Assembly (NCBI GenBank): GCA_025786725.1
Contig: JAHLTZ010000001.1
Span: 62,001-126,000, forward strand
Reading direction: 5' to 3'
Length of the DNA: 64,000 bases
Origin: Syncephalis fuscata S228
Taxonomy: Eukaryota > Fungi > Zoopagomycota
Numbering within the stretch: the stretch's first letter is position 1; the number at the start of each line of letters is the position of its first letter. Positions 59,848 through 64,000 of this stretch are shown in pieces. A model generated the notes under the pieces. The model searched no databases. It was not told the origin of the DNA and was given only the letters and a program-made list of their open reading frames with translations. The position numbers were made by a program, and so were the translations under genes.

Positions 59848-60930
59848 CTAGAATACGACGTCCAATCCACGCTCTACTGAATTTTTAGCTAACAGCGTTG
59901 ATCCCGTCCCTAATACAGTACCAGCAGTTTGTGCCATTGCATGGCCTATTTTTGGCTTGCTCACTAATCGATGTGTTACCGAGCCGACCATTTCACCGAC
60001 TAGACCTCCTGCAACTGCTCCCGCAGCTCCTCCCAAAACGATTGGAAGCATGCCTTTAATTTTTTGTGTCATTGTTCTGTTTTTTTCAGCCGCGATTTCT
60101 GCATCAAGCTGTTGTTCCTCTAATGTTTTGTTTCCAGTACCAATATCAATTAGACCACCGATATCTGAAGTTCCTTTCCTGCTTGCTTTTCTACGAGCCG
60201 CCCTATTGGCATGAGTGTAGACTTGATCGAATATAACTCCTGCTGCAGCTCCACCCAAGGCTACTCCTCCGATAGCACCTACGCCCATTGTTGCGCCCGT
60301 AATTGTTGTAGTGATGGCTGCGTTAGCAAAATACCCCGCCGCTGTAGCAAGTGCAAATGGCACTGCTTGTTTCATCATACTGTCTTTTCTGATTTGCGAC
60401 TCGGTCCTATTACCATCGATATCGCTAGTCACAAATTCTGGTGCAACTACTCCTTGAAGCGGTACTGGCAACATTGACGTAAGTGTACCCGCGATAGCTG
60501 TCTTTACTTTATTATCCTTTGAGCCTAGCAGTGGGCTATCAAGGTCAATAGCTGTGGTAGATGGCAGCTTAGCTTCTTTGGGTGCTTGTCCGTCAACAAG
60601 TCCATTTGAAATGGCCTTGGGCACTTGTTCATTAGCATGTTGATCCGGCACAGTTTCGTGCACTTGCTCACCAACATGTTGATCTGGCATGGCTTCGTGC
60701 ACTTGTTTATTAGCATGTTGATCCGGTACAGCTTCGTGCACTTGTACACCAACATGTTGATCTGGCATGGCTTCGGCAAGGCTGCTAGCAGGTTCACTTG
60801 TCACCTCAGGTATGGAATCATTTTCTAGAGAAATTGGAATAGCATCTACTGATGCAAAAAAGTCGCGGCCTGCGCTGACCAAAAAAACAAACAGGAACAG
60901 AAAAGTAATAGCTACTTTCCTTGTAACCAT
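59848..60930 (-). CDS. Putative secreted protein with 13-aa tandem repeats and glycine-zipper-like hydrophobic segments
   Basis: Signal-like MVTRKVAITFLFLFVFLVSAG, intronless 360-aa ORF, GxxxG-rich stretches. Confidence 0.7.
   Translation of the reverse strand: MVTRKVAITFLFLFVFLVSAGRDFFASVDAIPISLENDSIPEVTSEPASSLAEAMPDQHVGVQVHEAVPDQHANKQVHEAMPDQHVGEQVHETVPDQHANEQVPKAISNGLVDGQAPKEAKLPSTTAIDLDSPLLGSKDNKVKTAIAGTLTSMLPVPLQGVVAPEFVTSDIDGNRTESQIRKDSMMKQAVPFALATAAGYFANAAITTTITGATMGVGAIGGVALGGAAAGVIFDQVYTHANRAARRKASRKGTSDIGGLIDIGTGNKTLEEQQLDAEIAAEKNRTMTQKIKGMLPIVLGGAAGAVAGGLVGEMVGSVTHRLVSKPKIGHAMAQTAGTVLGTGSTLLAKNSVERGLDVVF
60621..60775. repeat. Coding tandem repeat, 4 x 39 bp, alternating A/B units
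   Basis: EAMPDQHVGVQVH / EAVPDQHANKQVH / EAMPDQHVGEQVH / ETVPDQHANEQVP. Confidence 0.95.
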
Positions 60931-63051
60931 CGTGCTACTATCACGCTGGATACCTGTTGTGTGTAACACTAAGCGTTTAAACTAACTTAAACTTAAGCTG
61001 CGCAAATATTGGTTGTAATAAAATGGATGGGGCAGCAGTGTGCTGTAATAACGTAAAACTATGATGAGATGGCACGTCTAGCGCGTAGATGGTCACATAT
61101 AAATGTTGTAGCGTGTAGGTGCGTCGTTGACAGCGTAGTAATAAAAGAATAACGCGTGTATTATCAACGAAGATGAAGGTAATGGAAAATGTCGGCTGCT
61201 AAAATGGCACTTGAGTTTTCAATTGAGCTGCTATTTATTTTTCGTTGTGTTTTCCTACTTTAGCAGGTAATTACTCAACATGTGCTTTATGTCATTCCAA
61301 ATCAGTAATGGTATTCACTTCTGAGTTTCAAGTAATTATGCATCTTAAACGTTTTGCTATTGGAGTCTCAATTGCCAACTATGCCAAATAGTGTAACTGA
61401 GGAGTCCATGTCCGACACGTGTAATGCTAAATGGGCAATTAAACACGCTATCTATTCAAATCACAAGGCACTTCGCCTGTTGTTATCTACTTGCGGATTG
61501 ACTGTTGAAAGTTTTGTGAGCTTTTGTCTGTGGCTAAGTTATTTATTGGTAAATAGTGCTACAAGAAACAATCCAGCTAGCACAAAAGCTACGTAACAAA
61601 TAGAAATGTTGTATAATAAGTCAATAAACTTGGTATATTACGGATACATACCAATAATCTAGTCATATGATCTTTTCATGCTTTATTACCATAAATGGGA
61701 ATAGTAATTTAGTATACAATCACGTGATTTGTTTACACTAATATTGTGTAGCTATTATCAAACACGCGGTACAGTGCCCTGTTTAACATACTTGGCAGTG
61801 ATCGACATAATCGATTATTATTTTATAATGAATTCAGAACTTTTACAAAGTTTTGCTAATTTTATCCTAACATTCAACGTATTGCGCAGATGCTAATTTA
61901 TTTGTGGTAAGATAGTACTTGCATCTATCATTAAAAAGAAAAGACAAACATAAACAAGTTGTTTTTTCAACTATCTTTTATTACGACCTATCTTAGTATA
62001 AAAACCATTATTATATTTTATCTTTAATAATTATTATCAATTATTTTATTTTACTTTTCCTTAGCTTTGTTACAAGTGTTATCTGGTCTACAATCATTAA
62101 ACTAGCATAATCGTTAATTACTAAATGATCATTATTATCTTTACAATATCATAACAAATTAATTTGTTTAAGGTAAGGGTTGTTTATTAACGCTCACTAT
62201 TAGTTAACCAGATATGTAAACAAGCGTAAGCAAGAGTTGCCACAGTATATTATTTGATTACTTTGGAACATTTGAGGTCGATTATTGATGTTGTTGGCCA
62301 TGCGTAGAAAGATTGATTGAATATTAATAGAAGCCATATGATTGTAATTCCATGCCGTTCCGCATTTGTTGTTATTGCATCTATGTACATCATTGATTAT
62401 TGCGTCTAAATGGTCTCTTCTATTTTCTAATATTTTACTATTGCATTTTGGGCATATTTGTGATGTAAGATCAAGATTAATATAATTATTATAAGTGTCG
62501 TTTATTAAACTGCCACTTTTCCTATAGCCAATCTGACCAAATAAATGGCATTTTGAACAATTAATATCATAATGACAATGTATATATTAAAGCAATAATA
62601 AAATAACTAATTAATTACACATAAATTAGTCAATGTTGAATGCAATATTATACATAAAAAGTGATAAGTGTATGTTTAATTGTATTTAAAATATTAAAAA
62701 AAAGTAAAATGAATAAATATAAAATGTGAGAGTAAAAGTAAAATGGCTTCATTAATATAATACCAACAAAGGATAGTAGTGAAAAGTATCGATTTAGTGT
62801 TTATTTGGTACAACAGCGTGTTATTTAAATTGGATAGCGTTTAAAGTATACAACTATTGTAGAGGTAGCAGTTTTAATCATTTATAATAATTGGTAAAGC
62901 AATATATAATATTATTATATATTTAGATAATTAAATTACAACAGTTAAGTTAACGTCATTAATATTGCTTATTTAGTAGCCATTTTTATTTCAATATTAA
63001 TTAAACGAAAGGACATATACTATCGGACATTGACGCACAGTACTATTTATT

Positions 63052-64000
63052 TCATCTTCTACTAGCGCATGAGGCGCACAGCCATCGTACATTGCCGTCG
63101 ATCTTTCTAGCTCGCAGGCCACCGTTCCATCGGTTCGAGTCGTATTTGTCCAAAAACCGTCCAAGCTCCGCTTTGGCTGATCCGGATGGATCGTCCTTTT
63201 GTGCTCGGAGCGCTTCCAATAGCTCTTGATCCACCTCGTGTCCTTCAGCAACGGCTTCTTCAAGTGCTACAAGTTGGTCAGAATACCAAGCACGAAGTGT
63301 GTCAGCTAGCATCTCAAGATACTCGCCGGCATCAGAGCTAGATGCAAATACTTCTGCTTGTTCAAATGCACTATCATCGCGTGCAATCAGTGCATCGGCC
63401 GTTTGCGCAACATAGCGTGCGGCATGACGCAAGAAGGCATTGGGTTCGCGGATCGATATACCGTGCTCCTCAGTCAAGTGAGCATCGGAATAGTCGGCCG
63501 ACGCGCCTTCACATAGCAAGCGTAGTAAGAATGTTGTGCGTGACCAGTTCTCTGGCTGGCTTAGTGCTTCAATGCCATCACGTCCTGGCGTCAAAATAAA
63601 CAACCGTGGATGGATATGCACATTAGAATCGACGATTTCACTCGTCATAGGTGTCATAGTGCGGTGAACTGCACTGGGTGTTGCTTCATCGTCTTCAGAG
63701 TCCCATTCAACATCGGTAATGTGTCCGGCAGTAGGTGTACCAATTCCATGGCCCAAATACTCGTTATTGGGTCCATCAGATGGCGCTTCAATCGTTTGCT
63801 GGAATGGCGATGCTTGACGTAGGACAGGTGCTTGTGGCAATGGTCGGCTACCACTTGGATTGGCATGCTCAATCACAATTTGCACATTTTCCATTTGTGG
63901 TGGCGCAACGTTGCCGACCATCGGAGTTTGCAATCCACCGCCATGTATGCCATCCCATGGCTACCGGGCGAATAAAGCTCGACTGCATTTCCTTCTTCAA
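63052..64000 (-). CDS. 3' part of a gene running off the window; C-terminal domain like that following COR/LRR domains; apparent frameshift ~63945
   Basis: PRLFILTP...W...FLLRLLCEG...HL..HG..I.EP..FL...GGL...DGNVRWLC pattern. A coding-like frame (EEGNAVELYSPGSHGMAY) continues to the window edge. Confidence 0.65.

Overview
Eukaryotic, AT-rich nuclear DNA with many short (about 40-80 nt) spliceosomal introns. Gene content and style point to an early-diverging fungus (Zoopagomycota/Mucoromycota-like; inference). There are about 20 protein genes: a Meu6-like PH-domain acidic protein, HIR3, SRC1/HEH1, a bacterial-like NagD HAD-IIA phosphatase, SERCA, PIS1, TMEM135, a MARVEL-like protein, MDL1/ABCB10, prefoldin 1, an Argonaute with an intact DEDH tetrad, PGI1, NOL11/UTP8, an RFX transcription factor, two putative secreted effector-like proteins, a partial gene at the right edge, and small unknowns. 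At least eight genes carry a single missing base, most likely assembly indels. Several introns use GC donors. The most striking unexplained feature is a ~1.4-kb non-coding region (45157-46546) about 2 kb downstream of the Argonaute. It is packed with G-U-containing hairpins and its ends can pair, so it is a candidate large structured ncRNA (telomerase-RNA-like or a small-RNA precursor; unproven). All splice models and base pairings were worked out by hand and no database was searched.
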